The notes below the pieces were generated by a model. The model did no database searches. It was not told where the DNA came from and was given only the letters and a program-made list of their open reading frames with translations. A DNA stretch of 64,000 bases. It comes from Burkholderiales bacterium Ga0074133. GTDB taxonomy: Bacteria > Pseudomonadota > Gammaproteobacteria > Burkholderiales > Burkholderiaceae_C. Below, piece after piece: positions 28,101 through 37,603 of this stretch. A program made the position numbers and the translations under genes. The first letter of the stretch is position 1, and the number at the start of each line of letters is the position of its first letter. The DNA lies in NCBI GenBank assembly GCA_001464865.1, contig LNEG01000183.1, forward strand, positions 3,921 through 67,920, written 5' to 3'.

Positions 28101-30200
28101 TCAGCGCACCCGCATGCCGGGCGTCGCTCCGGGCCAGGGGTTCAGCACGAAAATGCCGGGGTTGGCCTTTTCGTCGCCATGGCTCGCAGCCAGCACCATG
28201 CCTTCCGAGACGCCGAACTTCATCTTGCGTGGGGCCAGATTGGCCACCATCACCGTGTGCTTGCCCACCAGGTCTTCGGGCTTGTAGGCGCTTGCGATGC
28301 CTGAAAAGACGTTGCGCGTGCGTCCTTCGCCCACGTCCAGCGTCAGGCGCAGCAGCTTGGTGGAGCCTTCGACCGGCTCGCAGTTCACGATCAGCGCAAT
28401 GCGCAGGTCGATCTTGGTGAAGTCGTCAATGGTGATGGTGGGGGCCAGTTCCTCACCACCCGGATGGGCGTCGGCTGCTACGGTTTCAGTAGCTTCTGGC
28501 GCTTGTGCTGCCTGGGCTGGGGCCTCAAACAGTGCTTCGAGCTGCTCGGGCGTCACGCGCTGCATCAGGTGCTGGTAGGGCGCAATGGCCTGCACGTCGC
28601 CGGCCACGTCCCAGCGCTGCATGTCCACGCCCACAAAGCCTTGCACGGCCCGGGCCAGGCCCGGCAGCACGGGCGACAGGTAGCGCGTGAGCGCCGCAAA
28701 GGTGTTGATCAGCACCGAGCAGACCTGGTGCAGGGCCTCGTTGTTGTCAGGGTTCTTGGCCAGGTCCCAGGGCTTGTTCTGGTCCACATAGGCGTTGACC
28801 TTGTCGGCCAGAAGCATGATCTCGCGCGTGGCCTTGCTGTACTCGCGCGTCTCGTACATCTGCGTGATGGCGCTGCTGGCGCCGCGCACTTCAGCCAGCA
28901 GGGCCGCGCCCGTGGTGCCGAAGTCGCTGGTCAGCTTGCCGTCAAACCGCTTGGTCAAAAAGCCCGCTGCACGGCTGGCAATGTTCACGTACTTGCCGAT
29001 CAGGTCGCTGTTCACGCGCAGCATGAAGTCTTCGGCGTTGAAGTCGATGTCTTCATTGCGGGCGCTCAGCTTGGCGGCCAGGTAGTAGCGCAGCCACTCG
29101 GCGTTCATACCGAGGCTCAGGTACTTGAGCGGGTCCAGGCCCGTGCCGCGGCTCTTGCTCATCTTCTCGCCGTTGTTCACGGTCAAAAAGCCGTGCACGA
29201 ACACGTTGTTGGGCGTCTTGCGGCCGGAAAAATGCAGCATCGCCGGCCAGAAGAGCGTGTGGAAGGTGACGATGTCCTTGCCGATGAAGTGGTACTGCTC
29301 CAGGGCCGGGTCGGCCATGTAGGCGTCGTAGCTTTCGCCGCGCTTTTCCAGCAGGTTTTTCAGCGATGCGAGGTAGCCCACGGGCGCATCGAGCCACACA
29401 TAGAAATACTTGCCTGGCGCGTCCGGAATCTCGATGCCGAAGTAGGGCGCGTCGCGGCTGATGTCCCAGTCGCCCAGGCCTTCGCTTTGTGTGCCGTCGG
29501 GGTTGGTGCGAACCGTGAACCATTCCTTGATCTTGTTGGCCACCTCCGGCTGCAGCTTGCCGTCCTGCGTCCAGTTCTCCAGGAATTCCACGCAACGCGG
29601 GTCGGAAAGCTTGAAGAAGAAGTGCTCGGAGTGCTTGAGCTCCGGCTTGGCGCCCGACAGGGCCGAGAACGGGTTGATCAGGTCGGTGGGCGCATACACC
29701 GAGCCGCACACCTCGCAGTTGTCGCCATATTGGTCCTTGGCGTGGCACTTGGGGCATTCGCCCTTGATGTAGCGGTCGGGCAGGAACATGTTCTTCTCGG
29801 GGTCGAAGAACTGCTCGATGGTGCGCACTTCAATCAGCGAGCCGTCGGCACGGTCACGCAGGTCGCGGTAGATCTGGCGGGCCAGCTCGTGATTCTCTGG
29901 CGCGTCGGTGCTGTGCCAGTTGTCAAAGCTGATGTGAAAGCCGTCCAGGTACTGCTTGCGGCCCGCCGCAATGTCGGCCACGAACTGCTGGGGCGTCTTG
30001 CCGGCCTTTTCGGCGGCAATCATGATGGGCGCGCCGTGGGTGTCGTCGGCGCCCACAAAGTTGACGGCGTTGCCCTGCATCCGCTGGTACCGCACCCAGA
30101 TGTCGGCCTGGATGTATTCCATGATGTGGCCGATGTGGAAGTTGCCGTTGGCGTACGGCAGGGCGGTGGTCACGAAGAGTTTGCGGGCGGATGACGTCAT
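28101..30200 (-). CDS. metG: Methionine--tRNA ligase
   Basis: [13 protein letters not shown], Zn knuckle (CPKC..CEVC), KMSKS, C-terminal tRNA-binding domain. Confidence 0.98.
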   Translation of the reverse strand: MTSSARKLFVTTALPYANGNFHIGHIMEYIQADIWVRYQRMQGNAVNFVGADDTHGAPIMIAAEKAGKTPQQFVADIAAGRKQYLDGFHISFDNWHSTDAPENHELARQIYRDLRDRADGSLIEVRTIEQFFDPEKNMFLPDRYIKGECPKCHAKDQYGDNCEVCGSVYAPTDLINPFSALSGAKPELKHSEHFFFKLSDPRCVEFLENWTQDGKLQPEVANKIKEWFTVRTNPDGTQSEGLGDWDISRDAPYFGIEIPDAPGKYFYVWLDAPVGYLASLKNLLEKRGESYDAYMADPALEQYHFIGKDIVTFHTLFWPAMLHFSGRKTPNNVFVHGFLTVNNGEKMSKSRGTGLDPLKYLSLGMNAEWLRYYLAAKLSARNEDIDFNAEDFMLRVNSDLIGKYVNIASRAAGFLTKRFDGKLTSDFGTTGAALLAEVRGASSAITQMYETREYSKATREIMLLADKVNAYVDQNKPWDLAKNPDNNEALHQVCSVLINTFAALTRYLSPVLPGLARAVQGFVGVDMQRWDVAGDVQAIAPYQHLMQRVTPEQLEALFEAPAQAAQAPEATETVAADAHPGGEELAPTITIDDFTKIDLRIALIVNCEPVEGSTKLLRLTLDVGEGRTRNVFSGIASAYKPEDLVGKHTVMVANLAPRKMKFGVSEGMVLAASHGDEKANPGIFVLNPWPGATPGMRVR
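28477..28524 (+). repeat. Dispersed repeat copy F, inside the metG linker
   Basis: GCTACGGTTTCAGTAGC TTCTGGCGC TTGTGCTGCC TGGGCTGGGGCC; encodes [16 protein letters not shown] on the minus strand. Confidence 0.65.
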
Positions 30201-30448
30201 GGGATGCGGCTTTCTCAGGCGGAACCCGTGATTTTAGAGCGGTGACGCCGCGCGCATGCTTTGCTGGTCCCAAGAGGTTTCGCCGTTGGTGGCGCAATAC
30301 CCGCCCGGGTTCATGGGGTGGACAAAGGGCGGCATACTTTCCCCAGAAGCCGCGCCCCGCATGCGCCCTTGCCGCTTTGACAGACCCTTCCCATTCGCTG
30401 ACTCGCAAACGCTCATGCTGCGACTCCGCCTCTTTCACCCCTTCAAAA

Positions 30449-31273
30449 ATGTCCGACCGCGCTTTGCGACTTGTCTTGCCCTTTGCGGTTCTTGCGCTCA
30501 GCGCCTGTCTGTTGTCTGCACAGGCGGCCCCGGTGACCACTGTGATCGCCGAGGACTCGTTTGCCTACACCACAGGGCAGAGGGTCGTTGGACAAAATGG
30601 AGGCGTGGGCTGGAGCGGTGCCTGGGTCTTTGAAAACGCAAACTTTTCGCAACTTGTGGTCAACGCTGCGGGCCTGACGGTGCCTGGTGTCTCCAGCAGT
30701 GGCGGGGGGCTCATGTACGCTCTCAACGGCGCCCTTCCATTGGGGCACGCCGCCCGCTCTTTGCCGCAGCAGGACACCGGAGTGGTGTTCGTGCAGTTTT
30801 TGTCGCAGTTTGGAACGCAATCGGGTGGTGGTTCGCCATCGGTGCGGTTCGGATCAGGGTGGGTCGGCAACAACGGAGGTTGCGGCAGTCCGGTCTATGC
30901 GCTGATCGACACGACGGCTGGCGTGTTCGAATGCACTACCGTGCCTCTCGCGACATTGAGCGCTGTAGTGCTTCGAATCGACTACACCGCCCAGACCACG
31001 CAGATGTGGGTGCTGCCCAGCCTCAGCGGGTTCGATTACCTGAACCCGCCCGCGCCCACGGTACAGCGCGCCGGATTTGCGCCAGTTTTCAGCCGTTTTT
31101 CCCTCTACGCTCGCAACCCGGCTCTCATCGATGAGCTGAGAGTGTTCCGTGTGGCGAACGTGATTCCCGCAACGCCATTGCCGGTGCCTGTGGACTCGAG
31201 GGGCGCCTTGGGTGCATTGAGCGGCCTGATGTTGCTGGCCGGCTGGTGGTACAAGCGGCGGAGGCCAGGCTGA
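30449..31273 (+). CDS. Secreted protein with IPTL-CTERM/PEP-CTERM-like C-terminal sorting signal
   Basis: Signal peptide ending AQA; C-terminus PLPVPVDSRGALGALSGLMLLAGWWYKRRRPG (Pro motif, TM, Arg cluster). Confidence 0.75.
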   Translation: MSDRALRLVLPFAVLALSACLLSAQAAPVTTVIAEDSFAYTTGQRVVGQNGGVGWSGAWVFENANFSQLVVNAAGLTVPGVSSSGGGLMYALNGALPLGHAARSLPQQDTGVVFVQFLSQFGTQSGGGSPSVRFGSGWVGNNGGCGSPVYALIDTTAGVFECTTVPLATLSAVVLRIDYTAQTTQMWVLPSLSGFDYLNPPAPTVQRAGFAPVFSRFSLYARNPALIDELRVFRVANVIPATPLPVPVDSRGALGALSGLMLLAGWWYKRRRPG

Positions 31274-31316
31274 AGCACCGACCCGCAGCGGCTTCGCAGG
31301 ATACGGTCATGCTTGC

Positions 31317-32591
31317 TCAGGTCCCCGGATCGTGGACGGCATCGCCGCGATCGTTCCACCCGAAAAATGCACACACCTCGCCCCGCATGGCCAGCGTGTC
31401 GGCTCGCCCCAGGGCCATCAGCTCCTGCGTGTAGTTGGCTTCAAACAGCAGGTAGCTGGCCAGCGCGGCCCCGCGCACGTCGGCCATGTTGGAGGTGACG
31501 CCCAGGGCGCCCAGCATGGCGCGCACGGCTGGCGGCAGGTCGCCCACATGGCGGGCGGCCACGGCGTCCAGCCGCTGCGAGGGGGCGATGACCAGCAGCT
31601 CGATGGGGCGCAGCGGACTGTGCAGGCGCTTTTCTTCAGGGATGAGCGACAGCGTCTGGTTGATGCGCTGCACGCGCTCCACATCCACCGCCAGCGCGTC
31701 CAGGAAGATGTTGGACAGCGCGTGGCCGGCAATCTGCGCCAGCGTGGGGTAGCTGGGCGTAGGGTTGGCGCTGGCGTCGCCCTTGGGCTCGTGCATGCGG
31801 CCTGCGCCGATGACCAGGATGCGCTCGGCCCCCAGGTGGATGGCCGGGGCGATGGGTGCCGACTGGCGCATGGAGCCGTCGCCAAAATATTCGGTATGGC
31901 CCTCCACCTCGATGCCCTTGGCCGGGAACACGAAGGGGATGGCCGACGAGGCCAGCAGGTGTTCGTGCGTGATGCGGTCAGAGGCGGCCTTGCGCTGCGA
32001 GCGCACCCAGGGCTGCACCGGCGAGGCGGCTTCAAAGAAGGTGACGTGCTCGCCCGAGCTGTAGCTCGATGCCGTGACCGCCAGCGCGGTGAGGTGGCCC
32101 TTGCGGATGAGCCGCGGCAGGCGCACCAGCGGCACCATCTTGACCAGGAGCTTTTCCAGCGGGGCGTTGTCGAGCAGCGAGCGCGGCCGCATGCGGCGCC
32201 ACCGCGCCAGCACCCAGCCCAGTGACAGCAGCGTGAGCCAGCGCGCCCCGCTGCGCATCACGCTGATCGAGTCCGCGCCGTAGACCTGGTTGGCATGAAA
32301 GTGCCGCCACACCCTGGCGATGCGGCGCACGGCCCGGTCGAAGTTGTCGGCCCCGCAGGCCAGCGCCGCCGCGTTGATGGCGCCGGCCGAGGTGCCGGTG
32401 ATGATGGGAAAAGGGTTGGGCTCTTGCCCCGCGCCACAGGCCTGGCGCAGATCGGCAATGGCTTCGAGCACGCCCACCTGGTAGGCAGCGCGCGCGCCGC
32501 CGCCGGTCAGCAGCAGGCCGGTGGCGGGTGGCTGGGTGCCCGGTGTGGGCGGCGTGGCGCGGGCAGGGCCGGTGTGCTGGCGTGGTGGCAT
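31317..32591 (-). CDS. Patatin-like phospholipase
   Basis: LTGGGARAAY, GTSAG (Ser), ASSAIP, DGS (Asp). Confidence 0.92.
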   Translation of the reverse strand: MPPRQHTGPARATPPTPGTQPPATGLLLTGGGARAAYQVGVLEAIADLRQACGAGQEPNPFPIITGTSAGAINAAALACGADNFDRAVRRIARVWRHFHANQVYGADSISVMRSGARWLTLLSLGWVLARWRRMRPRSLLDNAPLEKLLVKMVPLVRLPRLIRKGHLTALAVTASSYSSGEHVTFFEAASPVQPWVRSQRKAASDRITHEHLLASSAIPFVFPAKGIEVEGHTEYFGDGSMRQSAPIAPAIHLGAERILVIGAGRMHEPKGDASANPTPSYPTLAQIAGHALSNIFLDALAVDVERVQRINQTLSLIPEEKRLHSPLRPIELLVIAPSQRLDAVAARHVGDLPPAVRAMLGALGVTSNMADVRGAALASYLLFEANYTQELMALGRADTLAMRGEVCAFFGWNDRGDAVHDPGT

Positions 32592-32698
32592 GGGGGCTGG
32601 GTGGCAGGGGATCTGCCTTCGCGCCCCGAGTTTGGCGGGCGCCGCACCCGTCCATCATCTGGGAAAACCCGCATGTGGCTTGCACGCCGCTGCCTGAA

Positions 32699-32750
32699 GC
32701 GACCCGGGCGGGCGACCCGGGCGGGCGACCCGGCCAGGCGACCCGGCCTG
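32699..32750. repeat. 13-bp tandem repeat, 4 copies
   Basis: GCGACCCGGGCGG x2, GCGACCCGGCCAG, GCGACCCGGCCTG. Confidence 0.9.
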
Positions 32751-32751
32751 G

Positions 32752-33333
32752 CTACTTGCGCAGCAGCAGCACGGCCACTGCATCGCCTTGCAGGACGGTG
32801 ATGCCGTGGTCGCGCGCGAAGATGCGGGCGTTGTCGCTCAGCTGGCCGTGGCTGGCCAGGTAGATGCCCGCAGACGCACCCTGTTCCTGCATGGCGGCGT
32901 GCAGCTCGCGAAGCGGCTCGACGCCATGGGTGGCGGCCTTCCAGCGGCGGGCGCTGACCAGCGTGATCGTGCTGCCCAGCCTGAGCACCAGGTCGACCGG
33001 CCCCGGCTTGGCGCTCGCAGGGCGTTCCACCGTGCAGCCAGCGCTTGTCCATGACGTGGCCAGCGTGTCTGAAAAAGTGCGCCAGGGCATGCTGGCGATG
33101 GCGTCCATCATCTCCGCCACGCGGGCCGGGTTGGGCGCCTGCAGCTGGCGCCAGGCCGCCACGCAGCCCACGACGAAGATCGGGAAACCCGCCAGCGCAC
33201 CGACCACGAAGTATTCGTCCGGCAGCAGCGCGCGTGCTGCCAGCACGATGACCCCCACCACCACGAAGCTGATCCACCACGGCGAGCGCAGCAGCATCGC
33301 AAACAGGGACTTTTCGGCCATCTTGAATTTCAC
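32752..33333 (-). CDS. Membrane-anchored Mrr_cat-like (restriction endonuclease fold) protein
   Basis: Two N-terminal hydrophobic helices; PVDLVL...LVSARRWK...GVEPLRELHAAM...AGIY...LSDNARIFA; GTG start with AAGGA RBS. Confidence 0.75.
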   Translation of the reverse strand: MKFKMAEKSLFAMLLRSPWWISFVVVGVIVLAARALLPDEYFVVGALAGFPIFVVGCVAAWRQLQAPNPARVAEMMDAIASMPWRTFSDTLATSWTSAGCTVERPASAKPGPVDLVLRLGSTITLVSARRWKAATHGVEPLRELHAAMQEQGASAGIYLASHGQLSDNARIFARDHGITVLQGDAVAVLLLRK

Positions 33334-33453
33334 GGGGTCCTTCTCTTTCTCGTCGGTTGTCGGGCGGCAGGGGCTGCGGCGTGCGCATTGTCCTTCAGCG
33401 GCAGGGGCCGGGCGCTTGGGAATAGACTACCGCCCTCTTCTGGAGTTAATTGA

Positions 33454-34545
33454 ATGGCAGTCACCGAGCAGGGCCTTCTGGCCGCACTTTCCAGCGTTCT
33501 GGATCCGCACACGGCCAAGGATTTCGTCAGCACCCGCGCGCTGCGCAATGTGCAGATCAATGGCGGCGATGTCGCCTTTGACGTGGAGCTGGGCTATCCC
33601 GCCAAGAGCATCGTGCCCGACCTGCGCCGCCATCTGGTGACCGCGGCCAAGGGCGTGCCGGGGGTGGAGAACGTCTCGGTCAACATCACGACCAAGGTGC
33701 AGGCCCACGCCGTGCAGCGCGGCGTGCAGCTGCTGCCGCAGGTCAAGAACATCATTGCAGTGGCCTCGGGCAAGGGCGGCGTGGGCAAAAGCACCACCGC
33801 CGCCAACCTGGCCCTGGCCCTGGCGGCCGAGGGCGCCAGCGTGGGTGTGCTGGATGCCGACATCTACGGCCCCAGCCAGCCCATGATGCTGGGCATCAAC
33901 CGCCGCCCCGAAAGCGACGACGGCAAGACCATGGAGCCGCTGGAAAACTACGGCGTGCAGGTCATGTCCATCGGCTTCCTGGTGGACCAGGACGAAGCCA
34001 TGATCTGGCGCGGCCCCATGGCCACCCAGGCGCTGGAGCAGCTTTTGCGCCAGACCAACTGGAAAGACCTCGACTACCTCATCATCGACATGCCCCCCGG
34101 CACCGGCGACATCCAGCTCACGCTTTCCCAGCGCGTGCCCATGACCGGCGCGGTCATCGTCACCACCCCGCAGGACATCGCCCTGCTCGATGCCAAGAAG
34201 GGCATCAAGATGTTTGAAAAGGTGGGCGTGCCCATCCTCGGCATCGTCGAGAACATGGCGGCGCATGTGTGCAGCAACTGCGGCCATGTGGAGCACATCT
34301 TTGGCGCCGACGGCGGCAAGAAGATGGCGGCCGAATACAACATGGACTACCTGGGCGCGCTGCCGCTGGACATGAGCATCCGCCTGCAGGCCGACAGCGG
34401 CAAGCCCACCGTGGTGGCCGACCCGGATGGCGACGTGGCCAAGATCTACAAGAAGGTGGCGCGCGACGTGGCGGTGAAGATCGCGCAGCAGGCCAAGGAC
34501 TTTTCGAGCAAGTTCCCGACGATCTCGATCAGCAAGAACACCTGA
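33454..34545 (+). CDS. apbC: Mrp/ApbC Fe-S cluster carrier ATPase
   Basis: VASGKGGVGKST, DADIYGPS, IWRGPM, DMPPGTGD, CSNC. Confidence 0.96.
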   Translation: MAVTEQGLLAALSSVLDPHTAKDFVSTRALRNVQINGGDVAFDVELGYPAKSIVPDLRRHLVTAAKGVPGVENVSVNITTKVQAHAVQRGVQLLPQVKNIIAVASGKGGVGKSTTAANLALALAAEGASVGVLDADIYGPSQPMMLGINRRPESDDGKTMEPLENYGVQVMSIGFLVDQDEAMIWRGPMATQALEQLLRQTNWKDLDYLIIDMPPGTGDIQLTLSQRVPMTGAVIVTTPQDIALLDAKKGIKMFEKVGVPILGIVENMAAHVCSNCGHVEHIFGADGGKKMAAEYNMDYLGALPLDMSIRLQADSGKPTVVADPDGDVAKIYKKVARDVAVKIAQQAKDFSSKFPTISISKNT

Positions 34546-34570
34546 CCTCCCGGCGGCGCCTGGCTGGCCC

Positions 34571-35527
34571 ATGAACCTGCTCGCCTCCCTGCGCTACCTG
34601 GTGGCGCTGCACGAGCACCGGCACTTTGGCCGGGCGGCGCAGGCCTGCCACATCACGCAGCCGGCCCTGTCCAATGCGCTGCGCGCGCTGGAGCGGGAGT
34701 TTGGCGTGGTGGTGGTGCGCCGGGGGCGCAGCTTTGAGGGCTTTACCCCCGAGGGCGAACGCGTGCTGGCGTCAGCCCAGCGCATGCTGCACGAACACCA
34801 GGTGCTGCAGCAGGACCTCAGCAGCGACGCTGCCCGGCCGCGCGGCACGCTGCGGCTGGGCGCAGTGCCCACCGCTATGCCCATCCTGGCGCGGTTTGCA
34901 GCGCAATTGCAGGCGCGGCATTCGGGCATCGTGCCGGTGGTGCTGTCGATGAGCTCGCAGGCGCTGGAGGCCGGGCTCGACAACATTTCGCTGGACCTGG
35001 CCCTGGGCTACACCGACCGCATGCCCGCACGCGGCGCGCAGCTGCAGGCCTGGCCGCAGTATGTGGAGCATTACTTCTTGCTGCGCCGCGCACCGCCTGC
35101 CACCGATCAAAACGTGCGCGGGTTGCAGATAGGCCCGCCCATCGGCTGGGCCGACGCTGCCCGCCTGCCGCTGTGCCTGCTCACGCCCGAGATGCACAAC
35201 CGCAGCCTGGTCGACGGCGCCTTTCGCAGCGCGGGCGCCAGCGTGCAGCCGGCCATGGAAACCGATTCCGTCCTGACACTGGCGCTGAGCGTGGTGGCGG
35301 GCGGCGTGTGCAGCGTGCTGCCCGGCGCCCTGGTGGACGCCGTGCGCGGCCACGACGGGCTGGAGGCCCTGCCGCTCACCGGCCCGGTGCTGACCACCCC
35401 CATCGGCTTCATGTCGCACCGGCAGGTGCAGCCCACGCGGGCGCTGGATGCGGCGCTGGCCCTGGCGCAAGACGATGGCTGGCTGCAGCACGCCGCCGCG
35501 CACAGCGGTCTGCTGCAGCCGGGCTGA
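34571..35527 (+). CDS. LysR family regulator (FdsR-like by context)
   Basis: HFGRAAQACHITQPALSNALRALE HTH; directly upstream of the FDH genes. Confidence 0.92.
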   Translation: MNLLASLRYLVALHEHRHFGRAAQACHITQPALSNALRALEREFGVVVVRRGRSFEGFTPEGERVLASAQRMLHEHQVLQQDLSSDAARPRGTLRLGAVPTAMPILARFAAQLQARHSGIVPVVLSMSSQALEAGLDNISLDLALGYTDRMPARGAQLQAWPQYVEHYFLLRRAPPATDQNVRGLQIGPPIGWADAARLPLCLLTPEMHNRSLVDGAFRSAGASVQPAMETDSVLTLALSVVAGGVCSVLPGALVDAVRGHDGLEALPLTGPVLTTPIGFMSHRQVQPTRALDAALALAQDDGWLQHAAAHSGLLQPG

Positions 35528-35587
35528 CACCCGGGCTGCTTGGTCGCCCGAAAGTTCATTCAAAAGATTGGCTTCGGCGCAGGGTTT

Positions 35588-35604
35588 GATTACTTTTGGT
35601 GATC
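35588..35604. promoter_or_regulatory. Candidate LysR-type box GATTAC-N5-GTGATC (T-N11-A core)
   Basis: Imperfect inverted repeat in an AT-rich patch about 100 bp upstream of the NAD-FDH operon. Confidence 0.4.
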
Positions 35605-35704
35605 GACCCATGTGCGCAATCAATTTGACGCGGACCGATGGCGGGCCGGACACTGCGGCGGCGCCCGGGCTCAGTACGGGCGCCTTGAACAGAACCGCCC
35701 CGCC

Positions 35705-37603
35705 ATGCACCTCGCCCCCGAAGCCCCCACCGTAGCCGCCGTGTCAGTCGCCGACATGCGCGAGCGCATCCGCCGCAAAAGCCACCTCAAGGGCCGCCAG
35801 CCCGACCACGCCGCCATGGCCGAGGTGGCGCCGCTGCTGGGCCCGCGCCCGGCGGGGGGCTACCGGCGCGACCTGCTCATTGAATACCTGCACCGCCTGA
35901 ACGACCACTTTGGTGTGCTGCACGACCGGCACCTGGTGGCACTGGCCAGGCAGATGAACCTGCCGATGGCCGAGGTGTATGAGGTGGCCAGCTTTTATCA
36001 CCACTTTGAAGTCGTGCGCGGCGAGGATGCCGTGGCCCCGCGCCTGGTGCTGCGGGTGTGCGACAGCCTGAGTTGCAGCATGGCCGGCGCACGCGAATTG
36101 CTTGAAGCACTGCCGGCACGGTTGAAAGCCGCCGGGCAGGGCGATGTGCAGGTGCAGGCCGTGCCCTGCGTGGGCCGGTGCGAACAGGCCCCCGTGGCGG
36201 TGGTGCACCAGTGCCCGGTGCCGCACGCCACGGTGGCCAGGGTGCTGGAAACGGTCGATTTGATGCCAGATCGGGCGCAAGCCGTTCACGCACCATCCCT
36301 GGCAGCTATCAATTTTGATGTGGCTGCGCTGGCTGGGCACAGTGTTCCGGCGCAGCCGGAAGGCATCACTCCCGCCCACACCGACCTGGCCACTTACCGT
36401 GCACACGGCGGCTACCAGACGGCTGCCGCCCTGGTCAACGGTGAGATGGATGCCGAGGCGGTGCTCGCGGCCATGGAAGACTCCGGCCTGCGTGGCCTGG
36501 GCGGGGCGGGCTTTCCGGCCGGGCGCAAATGGCGCATCGTGCGCGAGCAGCCTGCCCCACGGCTGATGGCCATCAACATCGACGAAGGCGAGCCTGGCAC
36601 CTTCAAGGACCGCACGTACCTCGAACGCGATCCGCACCGCTTTCTGGAAGGCGTGCTCGTCGCCGCCCAGGTGGTGGGCACCGAGGCCATCTATATCTAC
36701 CTGCGCGACGAATACCATGGCTGCCGCGCGCTGCTGCAGCGCGCCCTGGACGACCTGCGCGCCCAGCCACCCTGCCCACTGCCGCACATCGAACTGCGGC
36801 GCGGTGCGGGCGCCTACATCTGCGGCGAAGAGTCGGCCATGATCGAGAGCATCGAAGGCAAGCGTGGCGAGCCCCGCATGCGCCCGCCCTACATCGCCCA
36901 AGTGGGGCTGTTTGGCCGCCCCACGCTGGAGCACAACTTCGAGACGCTGTACTGGGTGCGCGACATCGTCGAGCGCGGGCCGGCGTGGTTTGCCGGCTTT
37001 GGCCGCCACGGTCGCAAAGGCCTGCGCAGTTTCAGTGTGAGCGGCCGGGTGAAGCACCCGGGCGTCAAGCTCGCGCCTGCAGGCATCACGGTGCAGGAAC
37101 TCATCGACGAATACTGCGGCGGCATGCAGGACGGCCACGAGCTGTATGCGTATCTGCCGGGCGGCGCTTCGGGTGGCATCCTGCCCGCCCGCCTGAACGA
37201 CATTCCGCTGGAATTCGACACCCTGCAGCCCTACGGCTGCTTCATCGGATCGGCTGCCGTCATCGTGCTCAGCCAGCACGACCGGGCGCGCGACGCGGCG
37301 CTGAACGTGATGCGCTTTTTTGAGCACGAAAGCTGCGGCCAATGCACCCCCTGCCGTGTGGGCACGGCCAAGGCGGCCACGCTGATGGAGGCACCGCAGT
37401 GGGATGAGGAGCTGCTCGACGACCTGGCGCAGGTGATGGCCGATGCGTCCATCTGCGGCCTGGGCCAGGCAGCGCCCAACCCCATCCGCTGCATCCACAA
37501 ATACTTTGCGCACGAAGTGGGTGAGGGGCCCTGGCCGGGCGACCTGCCCAGGCCCCGCAACAGCCCGCTGGCAGAGCAGCTGCCGATGGGAGGCCAGCCA
37601 TGA
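35705..37603 (+). CDS. NAD-dependent formate dehydrogenase beta subunit (fused NuoE-like + NuoF-like)
   Basis: VCDSLSC..CVGRC (2Fe-2S), SGLRGLGGAGFP, NIDEGEPGTFKDR, GAGAYICGEES, ESCGQCTPC..SICGLG. Confidence 0.9.
   Translation: MHLAPEAPTVAAVSVADMRERIRRKSHLKGRQPDHAAMAEVAPLLGPRPAGGYRRDLLIEYLHRLNDHFGVLHDRHLVALARQMNLPMAEVYEVASFYHHFEVVRGEDAVAPRLVLRVCDSLSCSMAGARELLEALPARLKAAGQGDVQVQAVPCVGRCEQAPVAVVHQCPVPHATVARVLETVDLMPDRAQAVHAPSLAAINFDVAALAGHSVPAQPEGITPAHTDLATYRAHGGYQTAAALVNGEMDAEAVLAAMEDSGLRGLGGAGFPAGRKWRIVREQPAPRLMAINIDEGEPGTFKDRTYLERDPHRFLEGVLVAAQVVGTEAIYIYLRDEYHGCRALLQRALDDLRAQPPCPLPHIELRRGAGAYICGEESAMIESIEGKRGEPRMRPPYIAQVGLFGRPTLEHNFETLYWVRDIVERGPAWFAGFGRHGRKGLRSFSVSGRVKHPGVKLAPAGITVQELIDEYCGGMQDGHELYAYLPGGASGGILPARLNDIPLEFDTLQPYGCFIGSAAVIVLSQHDRARDAALNVMRFFEHESCGQCTPCRVGTAKAATLMEAPQWDEELLDDLAQVMADASICGLGQAAPNPIRCIHKYFAHEVGEGPWPGDLPRPRNSPLAEQLPMGGQP
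36259..36321 (-). repeat. Dispersed repeat copy G, in the NuoE/NuoF linker
   Basis: Minus strand ACATCAAAATTGATAGC TGCCAGGGA TGGTGCGTGA ACGGCTTGCGCCC GATCTGGCATCAAA; tail matches copy L. Confidence 0.7.
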
